Positions 8,083-15,840 of a stretch of DNA of 63,173 nt are shown piece by piece (the first letter of the stretch is position 1; every line of letters starts with the position of its first letter). Position numbers and translations under genes: made by a program. Location of the stretch: the NCBI GenBank assembly GCA_017470585.1, contig JAFUYI010000006.1, positions 1-63,173 on the forward strand. Direction: 5' to 3'. Under the pieces are notes generated by a model, which saw only the letters and a program-made list of their open reading frames with translations, searched no databases and was not told the origin of the DNA. This DNA is from Alphaproteobacteria bacterium. Its GTDB lineage: Bacteria; Pseudomonadota; Alphaproteobacteria; RF32; CAG-239.

Positions 8083-8622
8083 TCAATCAGGTTGGTGAAT
8101 TTTGTTTTTATATCGTAAAATTAAGTTACGTTGTTCTTGCTGAACTTCGCTTTCACCGACAAGAGCTACAATAAAGAGTATAAGCCAAATAAGCGGAATC
8201 CACCCCATAAACAGGTTGGCTGTGAATATTTTATCGGCATTTTTGTTATAGCGAGCTAGCCTTGCCGGAAACATATATATGTGCAAGGCAATCCACGCAA
8301 GTGTAATTCCGATAATCAAAAGAGAAATAAAAGACAGAATAATTGAGATAATCTCCTCTGTGGCGTAACTTGTATCTTGTGCAACTAAATATCTTTTAAT
8401 AACAAAACCGTCTTCGTTATAGCTTCTTACTTTTACCCATTCACCTTTATCTTCCAGCAATTCAACAAATTCGCCGGATTTTAATTTTTTCAGTATTTGA
8501 CAGTCCGTTCCCGCACAAGAGCGTAAGTTCAATACCTCCGTATTAACATAATAAGTTTTGGCATTGGCTGTATTACAAAAAAATAATGCCAAACAAAGTA
8601 AAATTAACTTCATATAGTGCAT
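8083..8622 (-). CDS. Membrane protein: SH3b-like domain fused to a superinfection-immunity-like (Imm) TM domain
   Basis: Signal peptide MKLILLCLALFFCNTANA. SH3b-like region YYVNTEVLNLRS..GEWVKV. C-terminal FPARLARYNKNADKIFTANLFMGWIPLIWL. The start is either 8622 or 8613. Confidence 0.6.
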   Translation of the reverse strand: MHYMKLILLCLALFFCNTANAKTYYVNTEVLNLRSCAGTDCQILKKLKSGEFVELLEDKGEWVKVRSYNEDGFVIKRYLVAQDTSYATEEIISIILSFISLLIIGITLAWIALHIYMFPARLARYNKNADKIFTANLFMGWIPLIWLILFIVALVGESEVQQEQRNLILRYKNKIHQPD

Positions 8623-8653
8623 TGATAAAATTCTCCGACCGCAATCTAAAAAA

Positions 8654-9076
8654 TCAAAACATTTCAAGCATTGCCTTTGCCTCATCGCTTAAACGCTCCG
8701 GCGACCAAGACGGTTCCCATACCAAATTAACAGTGGCAACACCCACGCCGTCCAAAGCCGCAATCGCGGCGGCTGCCTGCCCCGGAAGAACTCCCGCAAC
8801 CGGACAGGTCGGAGCGGTTAAAGTCATATCAACTTCAACATCGCCGTTGTCAAGCTGGCGAATATCATAAACCAAACCCAAATCGTAAATGTTAATCATA
8901 ATTTCGGGATCGCATATTGTGCGTAAGGCTTCAATAATTTGCTCCTTGGCGGCTTTTTCTGCATTGCTTGGAAGAGGAGTTCCCTCTTTTACGCTAAATT
9001 CCTCAACCGGAGTTTGTTCGGCAAATGCCTGCAATAATGCGGCTTCATTATCATCAATATTTTGTTCTTCACTCAT
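8654..9076 (-). CDS. sufT: DUF59/SufT-like Fe-S assembly protein
   Basis: ..DPEIMINIYDLGLVYD..MTLTAPTCPVAG.. (MIP18/DUF59 signature). It is the last gene of the suf operon. Confidence 0.85.
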   Translation of the reverse strand: MSEEQNIDDNEAALLQAFAEQTPVEEFSVKEGTPLPSNAEKAAKEQIIEALRTICDPEIMINIYDLGLVYDIRQLDNGDVEVDMTLTAPTCPVAGVLPGQAAAAIAALDGVGVATVNLVWEPSWSPERLSDEAKAMLEMF

Positions 9077-9089
9077 CTTCTTAAACCTG

Positions 9090-10304
9090 CTAAAAAAATG
9101 TTTTAACCTTTTTAAGGGCGGCAATAAATCTGTCAATGTCTTCATAATCGGTATAAAGCCCCAAAGAGGCACGCGCCAACGAGGTGTATCCCATCCGGTT
9201 GACTATCGGCTGCGCGCAGTGATGTCCGGTGCGGATAGCAACACCTTCTTTATCCAAAATAAAGGCGACATCTTGGGGGTGAATATTCCCCAAAGCAAAA
9301 GAGAACACACCTCCTTTATCAGGAGCAGTGCCGATGATTTTTAAATCACTTATTTCGGCAAGCCCCTTATTCATATAGGCTATCAGTTCTTTTTCGTGTG
9401 TTTCAATGTTCTTCATACCGATGGCCTGTAAATACTGCAAGGCAACTCCAAGTCCTACCGCTTGCACAATCGCCGGAGTGCCTGCTTCAAAACGCGCCGG
9501 AGGAGCGGCGAATGTGGTTTTTTCATAAGTTACGTTTTCAACCATATCTCCGCCGAATTGATAAGGCGGCATTTGGTTTAACAGCTCATAACGCCCGTAT
9601 AAACAACCGATACCGCTGGGGGCGTATAGTTTATGCCCCGAGAAAGCCATAAAATCACAAGCGATGTCTTGAACATCGGTCGGAGTATGAACAATACTCT
9701 GGCAGGCATCAACCAAACATAAGGCTCCGGCAAGATGAGCGGCACGGGCAATTTCTTTAACCGGAAAAATTGTTCCCAAAACATTGGACATACCGGTAAC
9801 TGCAACCATTTTAACTTTAGGATTCAAAAGATTGTAAAAATTCTCAATGTCAACACTGCCATCGTCATTGACCTTAAAAAAGCGCAAAACCGCACCGGTT
9901 TTTTGGCAAACATTCTGCCACGGAACAAGGTTGCCGTGATGTTCGGCTTGAGATAGTAAAACCTCATCTCCTTCTTTGAGGTTGCTCATTCCCCACGAGG
10001 CGGCAACAAGGTTTATGGCCTCGGTGGCAGAACGTGTAAAAACAATCTCATTTTCACTTTCGGCATTGATAAAGTTTTGTATTATGCGGCGGGCGTTTTC
10101 ATAAGCCTCGGTTGCCGCCTCGGATAAATAATAACTGCCGCGGTGGACATTGGCATAGCTTTCAGAATACATCTTGAGTGTTGCATCAATTACGGCTTGA
10201 GGTTTTTGCGCCGATGCCGCCGTATCTAAAAATGTGTTGGGATGACCGTTAATCTCTAATGATAAAATCGGAAAATCCGCCCGAATTTTTTTTATATCAT
10301 ACAT
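9090..10304 (-). CDS. sufS: Cysteine desulfurase SufS
   Basis: MYDIKKIRADFPIL.., FSGHKLYAPSGIG (PLP lysine) and RTGHHCAQP. The start overlaps the sufD stop by 8 nt. Confidence 0.95.
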   Translation of the reverse strand: MYDIKKIRADFPILSLEINGHPNTFLDTAASAQKPQAVIDATLKMYSESYANVHRGSYYLSEAATEAYENARRIIQNFINAESENEIVFTRSATEAINLVAASWGMSNLKEGDEVLLSQAEHHGNLVPWQNVCQKTGAVLRFFKVNDDGSVDIENFYNLLNPKVKMVAVTGMSNVLGTIFPVKEIARAAHLAGALCLVDACQSIVHTPTDVQDIACDFMAFSGHKLYAPSGIGCLYGRYELLNQMPPYQFGGDMVENVTYEKTTFAAPPARFEAGTPAIVQAVGLGVALQYLQAIGMKNIETHEKELIAYMNKGLAEISDLKIIGTAPDKGGVFSFALGNIHPQDVAFILDKEGVAIRTGHHCAQPIVNRMGYTSLARASLGLYTDYEDIDRFIAALKKVKTFF

Positions 10305-11640
10305 TGGCTGCAATCCATTCTTTGATTTGCTCGTTATCAATACGGTTGATTGCCTCCAGCAAATAGGCATCAATTAAAATCTGTTTGGCTTCTTCTTCTC
10401 CGATACCGCGGGAACGCATATAAAAAAGCTGATTTTGGTCAAGTTCTCCGCAAGCCGCACCATGCGAACACTTAACATTGTCGGCATAAATTTCCAACTC
10501 GGGTTTGACATCAATTTCCGCGGTGTCCGAGAGTAAAAGCGCACGGTGCAATTGATGTCCTTCGGTTTCCTGCGCATCTTTAGATATGCTTATTTTACCT
10601 TGGAAAACGCCTTTGCCCTGACCGCTCGCAACGCCTTTTACCAACTGATCGGAAGATGTTTTTGGGGATAAATGTGCAATATCGGTGGTCGTGTCCAAAG
10701 TTGTTTGAACGTTAGCGATATAGGCGGCATCAACCTGTGCTTTAGCCTTTTCCTGCAAAAGGTCAACTTTGGTCTCATTGCGCCCCAAATTTGCCCCTCT
10801 TTGCAGGCAAAAACTTTTATAAAAAGCATTTTCACGCACATTGGCATAATTAAGCGCGATATGAACCGCGTTGTTTCCCTCGTTTTGGAAGGTGTAATGC
10901 TTGATATTTGATTGAAAAGCCAAATAAAATTCATTAACCGTGTTGTTAAAATAACACCCGCCGTCGTTTCCGTAATAATACTCAACTATTTCAAGAGAAG
11001 ATTTTTTGCCGATAACAAAAACATTGCGGATATTGCTGACAAGAGATTCTTCGGTTTGCGTGTGATAAATAAACATCAACGGTTTTTGTAAGCTTACATC
11101 GGCATCAATCTTGACAAATAACCCCTCTTCAAGCATGGCGGTATTGAGTGCGGCAAACGGATATTGAGCTAAATCAATGTATTTACCGACATAATTTTTG
11201 GCTTCTCCCTCAATAACAGCCTGCATTAAAGTCATAACCTCAATGCCTGCGGGAAGAGCCGGATACAGCGGCATAAATTTACCGTTGTAAAAATGGATTT
11301 GGTAGGCATCAAAAGGCAAGTCAAGGTAAAGTTCAGGCTTATGAGAACATTGGCAATGACCATTACAGCCGCAACCGTCGTGTTCATGATGATGTTCACA
11401 CCCGCACCCGCAATCGCAGTCGCAGTCGCAATCATCATCCGGACAGCCCTCCAATTCTTCCAAAAATTTGGACGGCGAATATACAAAGTCATCGCGTTTT
11501 AGGGAAGAAAGCTTGGTATATTTCCAAGGCTCAAATTTAACGTTCGGCAGGAAAAAAGCCTCCTTTGCACGGGAACGCAAGCCCTCAAGCCACGGAATAT
11601 CGGCTCCGAATAAGGCAGTGTCTGATAATAGTTCCGACAT
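10297..11640 (-). CDS. sufD: Fe-S cluster assembly protein SufD (with an N-terminal Cys/His-rich insert)
   Basis: C-terminal SufD signature ..[34 protein letters not shown]. An insert is present at aa 66-100. Confidence 0.93.
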   Translation of the reverse strand: MSELLSDTALFGADIPWLEGLRSRAKEAFFLPNVKFEPWKYTKLSSLKRDDFVYSPSKFLEELEGCPDDDCDCDCDCGCGCEHHHEHDGCGCNGHCQCSHKPELYLDLPFDAYQIHFYNGKFMPLYPALPAGIEVMTLMQAVIEGEAKNYVGKYIDLAQYPFAALNTAMLEEGLFVKIDADVSLQKPLMFIYHTQTEESLVSNIRNVFVIGKKSSLEIVEYYYGNDGGCYFNNTVNEFYLAFQSNIKHYTFQNEGNNAVHIALNYANVRENAFYKSFCLQRGANLGRNETKVDLLQEKAKAQVDAAYIANVQTTLDTTTDIAHLSPKTSSDQLVKGVASGQGKGVFQGKISISKDAQETEGHQLHRALLLSDTAEIDVKPELEIYADNVKCSHGAACGELDQNQLFYMRSRGIGEEEAKQILIDAYLLEAINRIDNEQIKEWIAANV

Positions 11641-12398
11641 TATTGCTCCTTTGTGTAAGCGGCATAGCCGTTTTGTTCAATTTCTTCGGACAAGCTGCTG
11701 TTGCCTGATTTAACAATATGCCCGTCGGCAAAAACGTGTACAAAATCGGGCTTGATGTAGGTTAAAAGTTTTTGATAATGGGTAATGATTAACAAAGCGC
11801 GGTGTTCGTTCATCAAATCATTTACCCCTTTTGATACAACTTTTATTGCATCAATATCAAGTCCGGAATCTGCCTCGTCCAAAATGGCAAGCGATGGTTT
11901 AAGGATTGTCATCTGCAAGGCTTCCAGACGTTTTTTTTCTCCTCCCGAAAAACCGACATTTACGGGGCGTTTGAGCATTTCAAAATCAATGCCCGATTCC
12001 TTGGCAACTTCTTTTAACAGTTTGATAAATTCCATAGTGTCCAGTTCCGGCTCACCGTTATACTGTCTTTTAGCATTAAGTGCGTGTTTTAAAAAGCTTG
12101 TAACCGGAACGCCGGGGATTTCCACCGGATATTGCATAATCAAAAACAGTCCCTCACGCGCCCTTTCTTCAACCGGCATTTTAAGTAAATCCCTGCCCTT
12201 AAACAGTATATTCCCGGAAGTCACTTCATATCCCGGTTTTCCGGTTAAGACATAAGATAAAGTTGATTTTCCGGCACCGTTTGGTCCCATAATCGCATGA
12301 ACTTCGCCCTCGTTAATCGTGAGGTTGAAGTTTTTGATAATTTCCTTACCGGCAACTTTAGCGCAAAGGTTTTCAATTTTCAGCAGTACATTGCTCAT
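11640..12398 (-). CDS. sufC: Fe-S cluster assembly ATPase SufC
   Basis: Walker A GPNGAGKST, ABC signature FSGGEKKR, and ILDEADSGLD. ATG at 12398. Confidence 0.96.
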   Translation of the reverse strand: MSNVLLKIENLCAKVAGKEIIKNFNLTINEGEVHAIMGPNGAGKSTLSYVLTGKPGYEVTSGNILFKGRDLLKMPVEERAREGLFLIMQYPVEIPGVPVTSFLKHALNAKRQYNGEPELDTMEFIKLLKEVAKESGIDFEMLKRPVNVGFSGGEKKRLEALQMTILKPSLAILDEADSGLDIDAIKVVSKGVNDLMNEHRALLIITHYQKLLTYIKPDFVHVFADGHIVKSGNSSLSEEIEQNGYAAYTKEQ

Positions 12399-12425
12399 TA
12401 TTTTTTGTTCTCCCATTCATCAAGA
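12398..12425. repeat. 28-bp direct repeat, copy 1 (TTATTTTTTGTTCTCCCATTCATCAAGA)
   Basis: Identical to 13177-13204. A degenerate third copy starts near 12565. This copy contains the sufC start codon and RBS. Confidence 0.9.
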
Positions 12426-12456
12426 TTCCGCTTGTCATCACGTCCCCTAATCTGTC

Positions 12457-12787
12457 ATGCCGAACTTGTTTCGGCATCTCTTTTAGATCCTGAAACAAGT
12501 TCAGGATGACATCCGATGTCTCTTTTATAAGATCCTGAAACAAGTTCAGTATGACACTTGTGTTATTTCTTGTTCTCCAACTTCTACTCATCAAGACTCC
12601 GCTTGTCATCAACTTCCCGATTGTCATCACGTCCCCTAATCTGTCATGCCGAACTTGTTTCGGCATCTCTTTTAGATCCTGAAACAAGTTCAGGATGACA
12701 TTCGATGTCTCTTTTATAAGATCCTGAAACAAGTTCAGGATGACATTCGGTGCCTTTTTTGTAAGATCCTTTAATGGAGTTCAGGAT
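12457..12787. repeat. Array of REP-like 21-bp palindromic units in two ~170-200 bp tandem blocks
   Basis: ATGCCGAACTTGTTTCGGCAT at 12457-12477 and 12646-12666. ATCCTGAAACAAGTTCAGGAT at 12487-12507, 12532-12552, 12676-12696 and 12721-12741. A degenerate unit at 12766-12787. Confidence 0.85.
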
Positions 12788-12830
12788 GACACTTGTGTTG
12801 ATACCTGCAACATTTATATCATTAATAACA

Positions 12831-13124
12831 TCAAAATTCAACAAGTTCATCATACAAATCCTTAAATTCAGGATTACTTCCTTTTATCAAATTGAGCTTC
12901 CAGTCACGGTGCCAATTTTTAATTTGTTTCTCCCTTTTTATCGCTTCATCAACATCGTTATAAATCTCATAATATACCAACATATCTACGTTATATTTCT
13001 TTGTAAAGCCGTCGAATATCTTGTTTTTATGTTCAAAAATACGTTTAATAAGATTCCCTGTTACTCCCGTATAAATAACACTTTTATTTTGATTCATTAG
13101 CATATAGGTATAATATTGTTTCAT
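12831..13124 (-). CDS. GIY-YIG nuclease family protein
   Basis: 97 aa. YYTYMLMNQNKSVIYTGVTGNLIKRIFEHK..EAIKREKQIKNW. Confidence 0.85.
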   Translation of the reverse strand: MKQYYTYMLMNQNKSVIYTGVTGNLIKRIFEHKNKIFDGFTKKYNVDMLVYYEIYNDVDEAIKREKQIKNWHRDWKLNLIKGSNPEFKDLYDELVEF

Positions 13125-13176
13125 TATATTAATCCTTTACAGGATGATATTTGTATTGACACTTGCGACATTTGTG

Positions 13177-13204
13177 TTATTTTTTGTTCTCCCATTCATC
13201 AAGA
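13177..13204. repeat. 28-bp direct repeat, copy 2
   Basis: Identical to 12398-12425. It forms the 3' end (..LDEWENKK*) of the small ORF. Confidence 0.9.
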
Positions 13205-13452
13205 CGGCGGTCAATCTTTTTTAGTTTTTCTTTTTTGTATTCGGCAACGCGATCTGCAATATTATAACAAATTTTCAGCTGTTCAAGCATAATTTCCACA
13301 TCGGCGGTTTCTTCAATGATTTCGTCAATATTATCTTTTTGGCGGTTAATATTTTTCAAAATTTCTTTGGTCAATTCGCTCATTTCTTCAATTACTTGCA
13401 GCATCTGCGGTGCTTTGCCCCACACTTTGACTGCACGTTCAAAAGTATTCAT
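13177..13452 (-). CDS. Small all-helical protein, MazG-like NTP pyrophosphohydrolase fold suspected
   Basis: 91 aa. ..EEMSELTKEI..EETADVEIMLEQL.. resembles the EExxE/D helices of MazG-like proteins. The start overlaps the sufB stop (TAATG). Confidence 0.5.
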   Translation of the reverse strand: MNTFERAVKVWGKAPQMLQVIEEMSELTKEILKNINRQKDNIDEIIEETADVEIMLEQLKICYNIADRVAEYKKEKLKKIDRRLDEWENKK

Positions 13453-14906
13453 TATCCTACACTCCCCTCTAAACTGATATTGATTAGTTTTGCCGCTTCA
13501 ATGGCAAATTCCATCGGCAGCTGCTGCATAACTTCCTTACAAAAACCGCTGACAATAAGGCTTATGGCGTTTTCTTCACTGATACCGCGGGAACGCATAT
13601 AAAAAAGCTGTTCATCGCTGATTTTTGAGGTTGTCGCCTCGTGTTCAAGCCGTGCGGTTTTGCTTTTGTTTTCAACATAAGGAACCGTGTGCGAACCGCA
13701 GGTTGAACCTATTAACAAACTGTCGCATTGCGAATAGTTGCGGGCATTGGCGGCAGTCGAGGCAATACGCACCAAACCGCGGTAAGTCTGGTTGGAAAAT
13801 CCGGCTGAAATACCTTTGGAAATTATGCGCGATGAAGTGTTTTTTCCTATATGAATCATCTTGGTGCCGGTGTCGGCTTGCTGATAGTTGTTGGTAAGAG
13901 CAACCGAATAAAACTCGCCGACCGAATTATCTCCCTGCAAGATGCAACTCGGGTATTTCCAAGTTACGGCGGAGCCGGTTTCAACCTGTGTCCACGAAAC
14001 TTTAGAGTTAACGCCGCGGCAGGAAGCGCGTTTTGTTACAAAGTTATAAACACCGCCCTTGCCGTTTTTGTCGCCGGGGTACCAGTTTTGCACTGTGGAA
14101 TATTTCACCTCGGCATTGTTTAATACAACAATTTCAACTATTGCCGCATGGAGTTGATTTTCATCGCGTTGAGGAGCGGTGCAACCCTCCAGATAAGAAA
14201 CATAACTGTCATCATCGGCAATAATCAAAGTGCGCTCAAACTGACCGGTATTTTTGGCATTGATGCGAAAATAGGTCGAAAGTTCCATCGGGCAGCGCAC
14301 GCCCTTGGGGATATAAACAAACGACCCGTCGGTAAATACCGCGGAATTGAGGCAGGCAAAGAAGTTGTCCGTGTATGGCACGACCGAACCTAAGTACTGT
14401 TTAACCAAGTCGGGATGATTGCGCACCGCCTCTGATATAGAGCAGAAAATAACGCCTTTTTCGGCTAATTTGGCGCGGTATGTGGTAGCCACAGAAACGC
14501 TGTCAAAAACGGCATCAACCGCAACCACACCGGCGAGTGCCTCCTGTTCCTTTAAGGGGATTCCCAGTTTGTCATAGGTTTTCAAAAGCTCCGGGTTTAC
14601 CTCATCAAGGCTTTTGGGGGCAGCCTTCTGTTTGGGTGCAGAATAGTAATATAAATCCTGATAATCAATTTTATCGTAAGTCAATTTTGCCCAAGCAGGC
14701 TCGGTCATGGTCTGCCAAAACTCAAACGCTTTCAAACGTCGTTCCAAAAGCCAATCAGGCTCCCCCTTTTTAGCGGAAATCAGGCGAATAATATCGGCTG
14801 ATAAACCTTTAGGAGCGGTGTCGGAATCAATATCGGTAACAAAGCCGTATTTGTACTTGTCGCCGCTTTCATCAATTATCTGTTTTATTTCTGCCTTATC
14901 GTTCAT
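13452..14906 (-). CDS. sufB: Fe-S cluster assembly protein SufB
   Basis: 484 aa. ..[26 protein letters not shown].. and the full-length SufB pattern. Confidence 0.97.
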   Translation of the reverse strand: MNDKAEIKQIIDESGDKYKYGFVTDIDSDTAPKGLSADIIRLISAKKGEPDWLLERRLKAFEFWQTMTEPAWAKLTYDKIDYQDLYYYSAPKQKAAPKSLDEVNPELLKTYDKLGIPLKEQEALAGVVAVDAVFDSVSVATTYRAKLAEKGVIFCSISEAVRNHPDLVKQYLGSVVPYTDNFFACLNSAVFTDGSFVYIPKGVRCPMELSTYFRINAKNTGQFERTLIIADDDSYVSYLEGCTAPQRDENQLHAAIVEIVVLNNAEVKYSTVQNWYPGDKNGKGGVYNFVTKRASCRGVNSKVSWTQVETGSAVTWKYPSCILQGDNSVGEFYSVALTNNYQQADTGTKMIHIGKNTSSRIISKGISAGFSNQTYRGLVRIASTAANARNYSQCDSLLIGSTCGSHTVPYVENKSKTARLEHEATTSKISDEQLFYMRSRGISEENAISLIVSGFCKEVMQQLPMEFAIEAAKLINISLEGSVG

Positions 14907-14988
14907 CTGTTATTTGTCCTTATTTGAGCGAATTTACTTTTATTGCTTTAAAATTGCAAGGAATATTTTAATTTTTTGCATTTTTTTA

Positions 14989-15242
14989 TTTACATTGCCG
15001 TTTTTTTATGTTAACTTGAAAAGCGAAGTGAGTGAAAAACCGCTTTGAGGTGTGGAAACCTCTTCTGGGACGTTTAGAAAAACGCAAAACTTCTGGCTGA
15101 TTATGGCCGGAAGGTCGGGGAATATAAAGAATACCCGGCACTGTCTCCCAGAGCAGTTTCCAACTTCCGACCACCTCGCGGGTTTTAATGCCCAGAAGGT
15201 GGTTTTTCTTTATAACGTTAATAAAAGAAGGAAGTTTATAAA
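14989..15242 (+). promoter_or_regulatory. Promoter and structured 5' leader, copy L2 (controls P2)
   Basis: -35 TTTACA 14989-14994, 17 nt, -10 TAACTT 15012-15017. P1 arms TGGAAAC (15053-59) and TCTGGGA (15064-70) pair with TCCCAGA (15146-52) and GTTTCCA (15156-62). P4 is GTCGG/CCGGC. Confidence 0.75.
15170..15210 (+). terminator. Intrinsic terminator (attenuator) inside leader L2
   Basis: ACCACCT/AGGTGGT stem followed by TTTTTCTTT. Confidence 0.7.
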
Positions 15243-15782
15243 ATGAAAAATTATATTTTAATGCTGGGGGTTGCAAGCGTTGCTTTAGGCTCTTACTGTG
15301 CCTATGCAGGAAATTCCGCCACAATGACCGTTACCGCAACAATAGCCCACGATGTAAGCTTGACCAAAACAAGAGATTTAAGCCTTGGCACCATTACCAT
15401 AAATCCGGCAACAGAGGAGGAAACCTATTGGTTCTACAGCGATTCGGGTGTTTATCGTTTAGATTATGGAGATGGTATTGTGTCCGCTTCTAATGCTACT
15501 GTCGGTACTTTTACTGCTAATATCCCAAATCCTTCAGCTTGCAACACGGGAACCGAATCTTGCGGAGGATTAAGTATTACCGGAAACTATGAGGGGTATA
15601 TTGATAACCTCTTTGGCGGAAGTGATGGTGGTAATTCCTGTGATTTTCATATTAAGTACAGCGGAACGGAAAACAGCTTTAATGTGTTTCCTGATCATTG
15701 TTGGATAGATGAAAACAAAATGTCTTCCGTCACCACCGGTTCGCATACCGGAACTTTGACTATTTCCTATACTCCGAGCTGA
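15243..15782 (+). CDS. Secreted DUF4402-like protein, paralog P2
   Basis: 179 aa. ..SYCAYA|GNSATMTVTATIAHDVSL, GTITINP, GTFTANIPNPSAC..CGGL, ..GTLTISYTPS. Confidence 0.92.
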   Translation: MKNYILMLGVASVALGSYCAYAGNSATMTVTATIAHDVSLTKTRDLSLGTITINPATEEETYWFYSDSGVYRLDYGDGIVSASNATVGTFTANIPNPSACNTGTESCGGLSITGNYEGYIDNLFGGSDGGNSCDFHIKYSGTENSFNVFPDHCWIDENKMSSVTTGSHTGTLTISYTPS

Positions 15783-15807
15783 AACAAAATCATAAGGAAC
15801 ACCAAAA

Positions 15808-15828
15808 GGGCGGAGATTAACTCCGCCC
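15808..15828. terminator. Bidirectional hairpin between P2 and htpG
   Basis: GGGCGGAG-ATTAA-CTCCGCCC between two convergent genes. Confidence 0.65.
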
Positions 15829-15840
15829 CGTAAATAAATG

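Larger units (their letters stand above)
12426..13176. mobile_element. Insertion in the suf operon: palindromic-repeat array plus a GIY-YIG nuclease gene
   Basis: Bounded by the identical 28-bp direct repeats. It interrupts an otherwise overlapping stop/start junction (TAATG) between the small ORF and sufC. Confidence 0.6.

Noticed and set aside
12440-12790. The possibility that the palindromic repeat array, or the ten repeated leaders, represents a CRISPR array.
   Set aside because: The units are of two alternating types and are themselves palindromic. Spacing is irregular and the intervening sequences are duplicated rather than unique. No cas genes are present. The leaders lie kilobases apart, each with its own ORF.
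12373-12853. ORFs of 119 aa (12373-12732, -) and 69 aa (12644-12853, -) with internally repeated peptides (VILNLFQDLKEMPKQVRHD...).
   Set aside because: They are read-throughs of the tandem palindromic DNA repeats. The repeat periodicity is at the DNA level, the palindromes translate in both strands, and there is no RBS or family resemblance.
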